Assembly: GCF_006345805.1 (NCBI RefSeq)
Contig: NC_043005.1
Span: forward strand, 26,412,001 to 26,476,000
Direction: 5' to 3'
Length of the DNA: 64,000 nt
From: Octopus sinensis
Lineage: Eukaryota
A program made the translations under genes and the position numbers. The notes below the pieces were generated by a model that saw only the letters and a list, made by a program, of their open reading frames with translations, made no database searches and was not told the origin of the DNA. Below, piece after piece: positions 52,686 through 64,000 of the stretch. The stretch's first letter is position 1. Every line of letters begins with the position of its first letter.

Positions 52686-52997
52686 TGTGTTGTACCTCTA
52701 ATTACCCTGCTCGGCTGCCTTCTCCCGCAACACATACAAACTGAGGATCATTCCTTGTTTTTATGTTATTTTGTATGGTTAATGCTTAAAACCACCACCC
52801 CAACCCTACCACCACCACCACCACCACCACCACCACCACCACCACCACCAGATTTTAGACCAAACACGTCGATGAAATTTTGGGGTGTACGCAAATAAAG
52901 GAGCATTACATTAAAGCTGTCATCCGTATGTCATACTATATTACGTTTAAATATTTGTTGTGCAAGATTTTTTATGTGAAGTCGTGTGTTGAAACAG

Positions 52998-53282
52998 ATA
53001 TTGTTATATTTCGAAATGGTCATATTGCCAGTTTAGCCAATAAAAACACACGCACTATATATTTGGTGTTATTTTGCTTCAGTAATATTTATTTTTTACA
53101 TTAATCTTAATCTTATTTCGGCCAAAGTTCTTTCGTCACACTCCTGTGACCGCATCAGTGGTCCTTTGTTTTCTTCTCACTTATTTGTGTCTCTCCTTAC
53201 TAACCGTCAGCCATTTTGTATTTCTATATATAGTGCGTGTGTTTTTATTGGCTAAACTGGCAATATGACCATTTCGAAATAT

Positions 53283-53290
<8 letters not shown>
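52998..53290. repeat. 65-bp inverted repeat around a ~165-bp spacer that holds a hammerhead-like motif
   Basis: Arms at 52998-53062 and 53226-53290; motif at 53122-53161 (minus strand). Confidence 0.9.
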
Positions 53291-53320
<30 letters not shown>

Positions 53321-53344
53321 CATATACACACACACACATATATA

Positions 53345-54192
53345 TAGGGTGCGATGGGTAAATTGTTAAAATTTTATATTATTAATTTCGCGCATACGCA
53401 TTGTTTTTTTTTTGTTTTGTCAATTACACAGCATAGTAGGGGCAGTTGGGCACTATCTGTGAGAAAAACACCACCATGACGCAATACACTAAGCTAGAAA
53501 TTTGGAAATGACATGCTGTACTGCTTGGTATTTGCGCTGGAAGCTCCAATACGAACATTTCAGAGTGGTTGGGTGTCAATTTGAGAAAAGTGCAATCTGA
53601 GGACATGTACCGAGAGTGATAAAAATCAAACATCCAGTCAACATCGTGGTGTTTGGATTGATCACTAGTGATGGTGACGTTATGCCTCCATTCATCTTCC
53701 CACATGGCCTCAGACTCAACACGGAGGCCTTCATCAAATGCCTGGACGAGATAGTGCCACCCTGGGTCAAGAGGGTGGCTACTGGAAGACCCTATATTTG
53801 GCAACAGGTCTCTGTACCATGCCACACAAACAGGAGAACCCAGTCATGGCTGCCATACAATTTCTGTCACAACACCACCCCTAACATCTGGCCACCTTAC
53901 TCCCCAGACTTCAACCCCCTTGATTATTATGTGTGGGGCGCAATTGAGGGAAGACTAATAATACTCCTTGTAACACCAAAGATGAACTGAAGGTATTCAC
54001 CCACTTAAACAAGGAGACCGTCCAGAAGAGTTGCCGGAGATTGTGAAGTCGTGGAGGCCGTGGCGATTTTATTGAATAAATGGCGATTTTATTGAATAAA
54101 TTTATTCGTTAGTATTTCAAGATACTTTTATGTAATTTTTGTAAATATATCAATTAAAATAGAGATGTCGGTGTTATTTCTATTTTTGTGCT
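53345..54192 (+). mobile_element. Second maT (DD37D) deletion derivative, right TIR missing
   Basis: Homologous to 40292-41135; 37 residues lie between the second-Asp position (WQQ[D>V]) and the Asp of NPLDYY. Confidence 0.85.
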
Positions 54193-54562
54193 CTTGGATT
54201 TACCTAGGATTTTAACTAAGGACCTTACCTTGATAGAAGTACCGACCAACATCCATACCCTCTAGAATAAGATGAGTTGTGAACATTATTCTCCTGCCTA
54301 TATTCTTCTAACCACCTTTACTCTGTATTCTTTTATTTAATCCTTTATTCTATTTTATTCCTTGTAAACTGTGAATTTTCCCTGTCTAGGATGATGGAAT
54401 ACCGGTGCACGGACACTCTAACCTACCGCTTGAGTTATCCCAGAAACGGCTGTAAGACTTCAAATTCATCTTAACCTAATTAAATTATTTTAAATGACTT
54501 GGGATACTCGTTCTGCCTTAAATCCCTTCGTAGTCTGGTTCTGTTAAAAACACGATATGTAT

Positions 54563-54828
54563 GCCTTGGCGGTTCGTCAAAGACAGTCGATCAAAAGTCT
54601 ACTAGAGAGTTAAGTACTTCCGCCGATAGGATTGAGTAAACAGTATCCATACTCCAGCATGGCCACACTCTAATAAAAACACACACACACATGTACACAC
54701 TAAATATACATCGGTAAATATATATGACCGCGTGTGTACCGTTGGCGATTTTTTTTCCTCCGCCTTCCCTTCTCTGGATCTTTCCTTTTCCTATGTTTCT
54801 GACGAAAAGCTCCGCTCGAAACATTAAT
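54563..54828 (+). mobile_element. Penelope-LTR-like repeat ending in a decayed hammerhead motif (54795-54828)
   Basis: ~270 bp shared with 57206-57472; core CTGACGA retained, helices II and III mutated. Confidence 0.6.
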
Positions 54829-55316
54829 ACAGAGCAATACAAACATCATCGATGCAGTGACTCACGAGAACGACAGACGCGTTTCGTATTTCTGGAGGCT
54901 TGTCACTACCGTGTACCCAAGCGTCACCTTCTTAAATGAAATTTAAGCAATGAATTAAAAAGGCCACCCGTGTATCCTGCTAAAGTTATGCACGCATTTA
55001 AAAGCCATCTTGCTAACATGGTCCCTTCCATCGCCACTTCCTTCAGAATCTAATTCGTTTTCTTTTACATTAAATATTGCTTGTTCCAAATTTAGGTACT
55101 CGGATAGCGGTTTTGAGGAGAGAGATTTAGTTGATATCATCGATCTCAGTATCAGATCTATAGATTAATTTATCAAACATGCTTTGAACTCGAAACGTAA
55201 GAGCCGAAATAAACACCGCGAAGCATTTTTCTCTGCTGCTCTACTGGTTCTACCAATACACCGCCCTTTTACTGATTTAGCCACGAAGCCAATAATTTGG
55301 GCGAGCAGGGGGTTTA

Positions 55317-55720
55317 CTCTTTTACTCTTTTACTTGTTTCAGTCATTTGACTGCGGCCATGCTGGAGCACTGCCTTTAATCGAGCAACTCGACCCCGGGA
55401 CTTATTCTTTGTAAGCCTAGTACTTATTCTATCGGTCACTTTTGCCGAACCGCTAAGTGACGGGGACATAAACACACCAGCATCGGTTGTCAAGCAATGC
55501 TAGGGGGACAAACACAAACATACATGCACACACACATATACACATATATACATATATACGACGGGCTCCTTTCAGTTTCCGTCTACCAAATCCACTCACA
55601 AGGCTTTGGTCGGCCCGAGGCTATAGTAGAAGACACTTGCCCAAGGTGCCACGCAGTGGAACTGAACCCGGAACCATGTGGTTGGTAAACAAGCTACTTA
55701 CCACACAGCCACTCCTGCGC
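55317..55720 (-). mobile_element. SINE family B, complete
   Basis: Reverse complement of the 22543-23010 type. Confidence 0.9.
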
Positions 55721-56199
55721 CAATACTCTCGACTAAATGGTCATTACTTTATAATTCCCGGAGAGACTAATGGCAAAGTCGACCTCGGCGTAATTTGAAC
55801 TCGGAGCATGAAGAAGCAGAAAATATACCGAAAGGCATTTTCTCCGATGCTCTAACGATTCCACCAATCCTGCTTCATCTAGACTACACGACTGGGGGAG
55901 CTCCCACCATAACAACTCCCTAGAGTTGTTGCTTGTATTGCTGTTGGGGGTAGTGATGGTGGCGGTAGTGGTGGTGGTTGGTGGTGGTGGTGGTGGTGGT
56001 GGTGGCGGTGCAGTGAAGGTGGTGATAGTGGGGTTGTTTAACACCAGATCATCTCTGGCAAAACAGAACATTTTTTTCTACGGTATTCTAGCCATGGCCA
56101 TCATGCCATAATTTTTTTATTGATCTAGTTACAACATAGCGCAAATTGTCCTTTCTCTTCTGTGATCTTAGTTGTATTTCACGGAATTTCGGTGAAACA

Positions 56200-56258
56200 C
56201 ATAACAAACGTCACCACCACCACCGTCATCAGCAGCTGCAGCACTACTACTACCACTG

Positions 56259-56309
<51 letters not shown>

Positions 56310-56625
56310 TCACCACCATCATTACTACTACTACTACTATAACTAGTACCACCACCACTGCTACTATCGCCACCACAAACACCACAACCACCACTACTAC
56401 TACTACAACCACCACCCTCACTACTATTACTACTACTACTACTACCACTACTACTACTATCGCCACCACAACACCACAACCACCCCACCACTACAACCAC
56501 GACTACCAACACTACTACCACCACCACCACCACGCTCACTACTACTACTATTACTACTACTACTACTACTACTACTACAACTACTCCTACTACTACCACT
56601 ACTGCTGTTGCCGAAGCTACTAGTT
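56200..56625. repeat. Degenerate (ACT/ACC)n trinucleotide tract
   Basis: Direct reading. Confidence 0.9.
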
Positions 56626-57205
56626 CTACCTAACACCAGCGCTACCCTCACCCATATCCTCCTCCTCCTCTTCCTCCATCTGTAAGCCATCATTTCCACC
56701 GTCTCCAATAACCTCCCAGCGGTGTCCTATGACCATTACTCTTATCTTTTATCTGATAAGAGAAAACGAAACCAACAACACTTGCCAACTATTGCTATAT
56801 GTATGTATGTGTGTGTATGTATGTATGTATATATGTATGTATGTATGTATGTATGTCTTGTGTGTATGTATGTATGTATGTATGTATGTATGTATGTATG
56901 TATGTGCGCACGTGTGTATACCTATGTATATATTATATGTAAATTTGTATGCGTCTACCTATCTATATATACATACAAACATGCAAGCATATATGTACGT
57001 GCATACATACATTCATACATACAATCATACATACATACATTCATACGCACATAGATCTACACGTACGCTCATATACGCGCATATCTATACATATTTGTAT
57101 ATGAGTATGTGTGCCTGTATGTGTGTGTGTGGTGTGTGTGTGTGTGTGTGTGTGTGTGTGCATTTATCTGTGCATTATGTGTCTCTGATGTTTATCCTTA
57201 ATCCT

Positions 57206-57569
57206 ATGCCTTGGCGGTTCGTCAAAGACAGTCGATCAAAAGTCTACTAGAGAGTTAAGTACTTCCGCCGATAAGATTGAGTAAACAGTATCCATACTCC
57301 AGCATGGTCACACTCTAATAACAACGCACACACACATGTACACACTAAATATACATCGGTATATATATGTGACCGCGTGTGTACCGTTGGCGATTTTTTT
57401 TACTCCGTCTTGCCTGCTCTGGGTCTTTCCTTTTCCTGTTTCTGACGAAGAGCTCCGCTCGAAACGTTAAACCCTCCTTCTTCCCTTCTTTCCTGAGCGT
57501 CCAATAATACTATATTTGTTCCACGTCCTCGCGTTGTTGTGTTTTCTCTTTGTGTTTTCGTGTTTGGAT

Positions 57570-57575
<6 letters not shown>
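57206..57575 (+). mobile_element. Penelope-LTR-like repeat with an intact hammerhead motif, ending in (TA)n
   Basis: Homologous to 54563-54828 and 35430-35640. Confidence 0.65.
57438..57472 (+). ncRNA. Minimal type I hammerhead ribozyme motif, intact core
   Basis: GUUU-CUGACGA-A-GAGC(ucc)GCUC-GAAA-C-GUU-AAAC. Confidence 0.8.
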
Positions 57576-57612
<37 letters not shown>

Positions 57613-57735
57613 GACGGGCTTCTTTCAGTTTCCGTGTACCAAATCCACTCAGAAGGCTTTGGTCGGCCCAAGGCTACAAAGCGGCACTGAACCCAGAACC
57701 ATGTATTTGGGAAGCAAGCTTCTTACCACACACCC

Positions 57736-57773
<38 letters not shown>

Positions 57774-57793
57774 GTGTGTGTTGTGTGTGTGTG

Positions 57794-57835
<42 letters not shown>

Positions 57836-58351
57836 TATGTATGTATGTATGTATGTATGTATGTATGTATGTATGTATGTATGTACGTACGTATGTGTGG
57901 TGTGTGTGTATGAATAAATATGACTGTACGTTTGTGATGTGGCATCCAGTGAGTCACTGTTATGAATGTATATGACTCTCTATACGCTCTATACATTGTG
58001 ACTCTATATTTGCTCTTTTGCATCATGGTAATATCCTCTGCTATCATCGTTAATAGGAATCCGATACTCCTTCTGGGGTTTGTTCTTAGTGCGAGTTTCA
58101 GCTGTTTCCTGCTAACATCTACACGTCACCTCTATGCGTTTATGTGGGCATCTTTGTATGTATGTATGTATGTATGTACGTACGTACGTATGTATGTATG
58201 TATGTATGTATGCATGCATGCATGTATGTATGTATGTATGTATGTATGTATGTATGTATGTATGTATGCATGTATGCATGCATGCATGTATGTATGTATG
58301 TATGTATGTATGTATGTATGTATGTAGTATGTATGTATGTATGTATGTATG

Positions 58352-58692
58352 TGCCTCAGTAAAGCTGGACTCAAGAGTCATCTTCGTAGTCATAAAACGA
58401 GATAGATGAGTGACAACCTGGCCACTGGTGGTGGTGTTAAACACCATACTAATCATATCTGTCGGGCATGTGGAAGAGAGTGTAATTCGGCGGGATGACT
58501 TAAACGACATGCAAAGGTACATGAAGCGCAGTTACAACTACAGACGGCTATTACCGGTAATGGTATCAGTTGCCAATTCTGTACAAGACATTGTAGATCT
58601 TTAGCTGGGCTAAAAAGTCACATTCGAGCACAGCACCAGTAAGAGTTAAGCTTCGTGCAATGGCCATACTCGATAACGAGGGGGCAGCCATA
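58352..58692 (+). mobile_element. 5'-truncated RTE 3' end embedded in (TATG)n
   Basis: Homologous to 121-460; (TATG)n on both sides. Confidence 0.8.
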
Positions 58693-59194
58693 ATGTATGT
58701 ATGTATGTATGTATGTATGTATGTATGTATGTATGTATGTATGTATGTATGTATGTATGTATGTATGTAGGTGGTGCACCAGCATGACCTCAGCCCTGGG
58801 CTGAAACCAGTAAAGGATAAAAGTTGAAGTATTGAATCAAAAGGATCTGTCCCTTTTTATCCAATCTCTTGTCACCACATAAATTCAATAGTCTAGTGGG
58901 GGAGATAACTCAGTTTTTTTTAATGGCAATTTTTTAATGGGAGTGAGATAGCCAAAAGGTACACACAAGGCTTTTCGTGTATTGTCTGGTTATGTGTTTT
59001 TGGTTTTCACTTGTTTTGTATCCGTGTAAATACAGTCAATCAGTGTTGGTGTTGGGTGGAGTCATTCTCAATTAACGAGTCGGTGGCTGTGTGGCAAGAA
59101 GCTTGCTTCCCGACGACATGCTTCTAGGTTCCGTCCCACTTAAAGGATTCTTCGGCAGGAGTCTTCTACTATGGTGTGTGTATGTGTGTGTGTA

Positions 59195-59239
<45 letters not shown>

Positions 59240-59353
59240 TGTGTGTGTTTGAGTCTGCGTTTGTCCCTCACTACCGCTTGGCACACGGTGTTTATGTGGT
59301 TTCGTCCCCTAACATAGCGGTTAGAAACAAATCATAAGAAAAAACAAGGTGTA

Positions 59354-59580
59354 TATTTCTTTATTGTCCACATGGGGCTAAACATAGAGGGCACAAACAA
59401 GGACAGACAAAGGAATTAAGTCGATTACATCGACCCCAGTGCGTAACTGGTACTTTTTTAATCGACCCCGAAAGGAAGAAAGGCAAAGTCGGCCTCGGCG
59501 GAATTTGAACTCAGAACGTTACGGAAGGCAAAACACTAAGCATTTCACCCAGCGTGCTAACGATTCTGCCAGCTCGCCAC
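59354..59580 (-). mobile_element. SINE family A
   Basis: Full head and body homology. Confidence 0.85.
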
Positions 59581-59663
59581 AAGGTATAGCTGCTTCCAAG
59601 TGTGTACACACACACACACACATCGCACACACGCCCCAGCAGCTATACCTTTTTATTTTGTGC

Positions 59664-60006
59664 CACTCCGTCGGTTACGACGACGAGGGTTCGAATTGAT
59701 CCAATCAACGGAATAGTCTGCTCGCGAAAATACCGTGCAAGTGGCTGAGCATCCCACAGACACGTTTACCCTTAACGTAGTTCTCGGAGAGATTCAGCGT
59801 GACACAAAGTGTGACAAGGCTAGCCACTTTGAAATACAGGTACAACAGAAGCAGGAAGAAAGAGTACAGCAGGGTTCGCCACCACTCCCTGCCGGAGCTT
59901 TAGATGTTTTCGCTCAATAAACACTCACAACGCCTGGTCTGGGAATCGAAACCGCAATCCTACGACCGCGAGTCCGCTGCCCTAACCACTGGGCCAGTGC
60001 GGTTCC
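59664..60006 (-). mobile_element. SINE family C, diverged
   Basis: Head and tail homology with internal deletions. Confidence 0.8.
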
Positions 60007-60809
60007 ACTTTCTCTTGTATATCTTTACAAATACTCTTTTACTCTTTTACTTGTTTAAGTCATTTGACTGTGGCCATGCAGGAGCACCGCCTTTAGTCGA
60101 GCAAATCGACCCCAGGACTTATTCTTTGTTAGCCTAGTACTTATTCTATCGGTCACTTTTGAACATTTAACGTGGTTCTTAGAGTCAGGGTTTTGACTGC
60201 TATTTCGGCATGGTGGTGTCTCTCAGACACCCTTATTTTTAGTTGTAAAAAAATTATTACCTTTGTATGGTATTTTTCCCATGCTGGCCACTTGATAATA
60301 TCGATATTTAAATATCGATATTATCCTTATTTATAAATATATATATATATGTACATATTAAATTTTTTTCCATTTAAACATACTAATATGTACAAACGTA
60401 TTATATGTTTTTGAATGTAGGATACTTCGCTGACTAAGAGAGAAACGTGGTAAGCTTTCTTCTCCGTTATTTATTAATATTGCAGTAGTTTAAATCTTAC
60501 GGGGATTGGGGAGGGATTATTTTTAATCTTTTACTTAATCTAATCGGTCAACAATTTTTTGAATTTCTTTGTCTCGATTACGGTTGGTTGACTGAAAACC
60601 GATGAAATAAAATAAATTGTAAATAGAACAAAAATAGTTGAAAATTTTGGCAATTTTTGGCAAAATATGTACCCTTTTACCAAAAGTTAGTGAAATATTT
60701 AAAATGTTTACAGTTGGATAGATAGACAAATATAACAAAATAATTTGATAAAAAATGTGAATTTTTAATTATTTTCTGAGATTTTACAAAAACAACAAAA
60801 GTATTTTTT

Positions 60810-63083
60810 CATTTTCTCGTGTTTCGTGTAGGGAGAGAGAGCACAGTGCTCAGCAGTATTCAAGGTGGGGTCGGGCAAAAGCGGAGAAGAGAAGGGTAAT
60901 GGTGTGGGAATCTCTCGATTGGAAGGTTCTGAGAATCCAGGAACACATTCTGCGGGCCATGTCAACTTTGCTGCTTATATGATTAGCCCAACTTATGTTG
61001 TTGTCCACTGTTACTCCCAAGTCTCTGATGTTGTTAGATGCCATGAGAATTTCACCAGAAGGAAGGGAGTATGAGAGTTTCAGAGCATCCTCCCTTCCAA
61101 AGTGAATCAGTTCGAATTTGTCTTCGTTTAGCAACATGTTCTTTTCCACCCATTGGACAACAGCCAGTAGGTCTGACTGAAGGCTTATCCGGTCATCCAG
61201 GCCATTGATGACCTTCTGGCGCTTGGAATCATCAGTGAAGACTCTGATGTTACTGTGTTTGATGATATCAGTAATGTCATTAATATAGATGATGAAGAGA
61301 AGTGGTCCCAACACAGTGCCTTGTAAGACACCAGTACTGACTTTGGCTGGGCTGGATTTGACTCCTTCGACTACAAGATGTTGGGTTCTGTTTGACAGAT
61401 GCACTTGATCCACTGCAGCAGCTTTCCAGTGACACCAATATTGGACAGCTTTCTCAAAAGGATCTTATGATCAACCCTGTCAAAGGCCTTGCTGAAATCA
61501 AAGTAGATAACCTCAGTGTTGGAACCCTCTCCCAAAGCTCTCAAAACATCATCAAAATGATGCAGTAGCTGCGTCAGGCAATCCCTTCCATTACGGAATC
61601 CATGCTGGTTGGGGTTCAGCATATTATGACTCTCAAGGAAGTGAGTCATTCGCGATCTCACCACTCTCTCAAATACCTTAATAATATGAGAGGTGAGCGA
61701 GATTGGACGGTAATTCACGGCAAGGGATTTGTTTCCTTTCTTGAAAACTGAGACAATAGACTGGGATAGAAGGTTTTCTGGTATATATCCAGCATCCAGT
61801 GAGTTCCGCCACAGATTGGCTAGTGGGATGCAAATTGGTTTTGACACATCTTCAAGACACAAGCAGGGAACCTATCGGGACCTACTGCTGAATTATGCTT
61901 GATTTCCTTTATTGCTGCTAAGACATCAGAGGCACCAAAGGTTATGTCCGATAAGGTGTATTGGGGAGTAACATCATTGATAGAGTCCAGATCAGCCATT
62001 TCAGGATTGCTGAAAACAGAGCAATATTGTTTCTGCAGCATCTCTCTCCCATAGTTTGGCGTTGTCTTGAAGGGTGCCATTTTCATCGGAGGGCCAACAA
62101 TAGAGCCAGAGACTTTGTGTTTTTTGCAAATGAAAAGAACACTTTGGGATTAAGTTTGATCTTCTCAGTGGCCCAGGCCTCTTCAGCTCTTCTCTGACTA
62201 TTGATGATAGACATCATGTTGTTTTGGAGGTTATGTTTTTTAATCTCTAGTGATGTGATGGCAGTCAGGTTGGTGTGTTGCTGTTGACAGTATTTCAGCT
62301 TGTTGATTTTTTTGTTAGTTCTTTTAATTTTCCTGATGAGTGTTTTTCTATTTCTAGGGATTCTGCACTTAGATTTATTTACAGATCTTAATGGGTTGTG
62401 TTTTGCACATATGTTTGTTATGGTGTCTACAAATGACTGCCAGGAGTTTTTTGGTGTTAGTGGGTGTGTATGTGTGCGTGAAGAACCAGTCCACATGTGC
62501 AAGATCATGACAGATCGCTTCCCAGTTTGCGTTGCGAAAATCCATAGTGTCAAATGGATGGACAGGAGGGGCGACATTTGTTTTGCATTTTGGCCAGTGA
62601 AATCTCAGATCACAGAGAACCATGTCATGATCAGAGAGTAGAGTTTTCTCCGCTGCAATATTGTGGATAGTGTCAGTGTGATTGCTGAAAATTAGGTCTA
62701 GGACGTTTTTGAGACATCTCGTTGGTTCGAGCACCAGTTGGGACAGGAAGAAATCATCCATGAAGTAAAAAAGCGATTCCGCTGCCTCCCTGTCAGAGGT
62801 TGAGACATAAGAACCTGGCGGCAGACTGTTTGTAGACCAATCAACCCCGGGGAGGTTGAAGTCACCCCATCATTAAGATGTCAGGTTGACACTGCTGGAT
62901 GAAACACTTTATGTTGCTGAGGCATTCCTTGAAGCATAGTAGGTGCGTTTGGGGTGGCCTGTAGAGCCCAACTACTATCCATTAGAAAATATGTTCATAG
63001 CCTCCGTTGAGAAAGAATTATAAACATACATGGCAGTCCCACCCTTTCTTCTGCCAGCACGATGTTGGTTCTACTCTCATGCG
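60810..63083 (-). pseudogene. Decayed CR1-group LINE ORF2 (APE endonuclease plus reverse transcriptase), frameshifted and 3'-truncated
   Basis: EN motifs RKGGTAMYV, GDFNLPGVDW, SQLVLEPTR..LDLIFSN..LSDHDMV. RT motifs NYRPISLTS, QHGFRNGR, DFSKAFDRVDH, GVLQGTVLGPLLF, FTDDSK, RPHLEYC. Confidence 0.92.
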
Positions 63084-64000
63084 TTAATCTGTATATTGAA
63101 AGAGTTACTCTTTGACCAAAAGACGGGTCGACCTAAAGATAAAGAAAGCTGTTTGGTTTTCTGTATTAATATTCTTCGCAACTAAATTAGGTCAAACAAA
63201 AACAGGATTTCTTATCTCTATTCAACTGCGATCGATGAATTCCCCGAGAAAGATCAAGAGGTCAGCTTATTTTCGTTAATCTCTTGGTGCAAAAGGCTAG
63301 AACAATTGGCCGAGGATTTGTCTCTGAAACTGTGGATTAAGTTTCGAATTCTAGCTTAGGAAGTTGGTAGCTATTCGCTACATATATACATACATACATT
63401 TATATATATATACATATATATTTGTACTGTACATAATCTATACATGTATATCTTGTACAAAGCTTTGTTATGAAAGAAGGTGACGGCAACTGGCTCCTGG
63501 ATGGTTTGAATTAGAGGATTAACAGAGTAATGTTGGATAAACTAATCCGCAGAAATATCTAAATGCTTTTTTTATTACTTGTTTATACTTATGATTTTAG
63601 CTTTCTTTTCTCTCTGTCTCCATTTATGTGTGTGTGTTTGCGTGTGTATATCTGAGTGTGTGTGTGTGTGTGTATGTGTGTGTGTGTGTGCGTGTGTATG
63701 TGTGTGAGCGCGTGTGTGTGAGTGTTTGTGTGCGCGTGTGCGTGCGTTTTAGATTGTCGATTAACAGAATCTTTAGACCATTAGACAAGTACATAGTGAT
63801 ATTTGGCTTGGCTCTTCAGGTTCAAACCTCGCCGATGTCAGCTTTACCTTTCATCCTTTCAGGGTTGATAAAATAAAGTTCCAGTTCAAAGCAGTGGAAT
63901 GGTGAAATTGCTAAACTGTAGGACAACATGCTTAGTGTTCTTTCGGCGGAGGTCTGGAATATTCGCCCACATAAGCTGATTTTTTTCCCGTTTTGACGGG

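Noticed and set aside
56146-56708. Mucin-like poly-Thr ORF
   Set aside because: Degenerate (ACT/ACC)n tract open in several frames on both strands, with no splice or domain support.
60810-63083. Active LINE
   Set aside because: At least four frameshifts, in-frame stops and a missing 3' end.

Overview
Repeat-dominated, AT-rich eukaryotic DNA. The SINE families and the dense microsatellites suggest an octopus genome; this is inferred from recalled repeat families, not from a search. No complete host gene is visible, but one good candidate start-codon exon lies at 15364-15523 (+), so much of the window may be intronic. Most long ORFs in the track are microsatellite read-throughs. Recognisable elements: four or five tRNA-derived SINE families, RTE 3' ends, RLE-type (R4/Dong-like) LINE 3' ends, a Tx1/L1-type RT fragment, a decayed CR1-group LINE (60810-63083), two maT (DD37D) deletion derivatives, a mariner-type MITE, two non-autonomous Helitrons and a 100-N gap. 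The most striking signal is a set of hammerhead-ribozyme-like motifs from at least five unrelated sequence families, mostly beside (TA)n or (AAT)n tracts and often beside fold-back inversions. They include a 6.3-kb array of ~545-bp units (ten direct, then ~1.5 inverted) with one motif per unit, and a tRNA-headed element with a hammerhead tail. This points to a Penelope/retrozyme-like family of self-cleaving non-autonomous retroelements. All folds were done by eye and none is tested.
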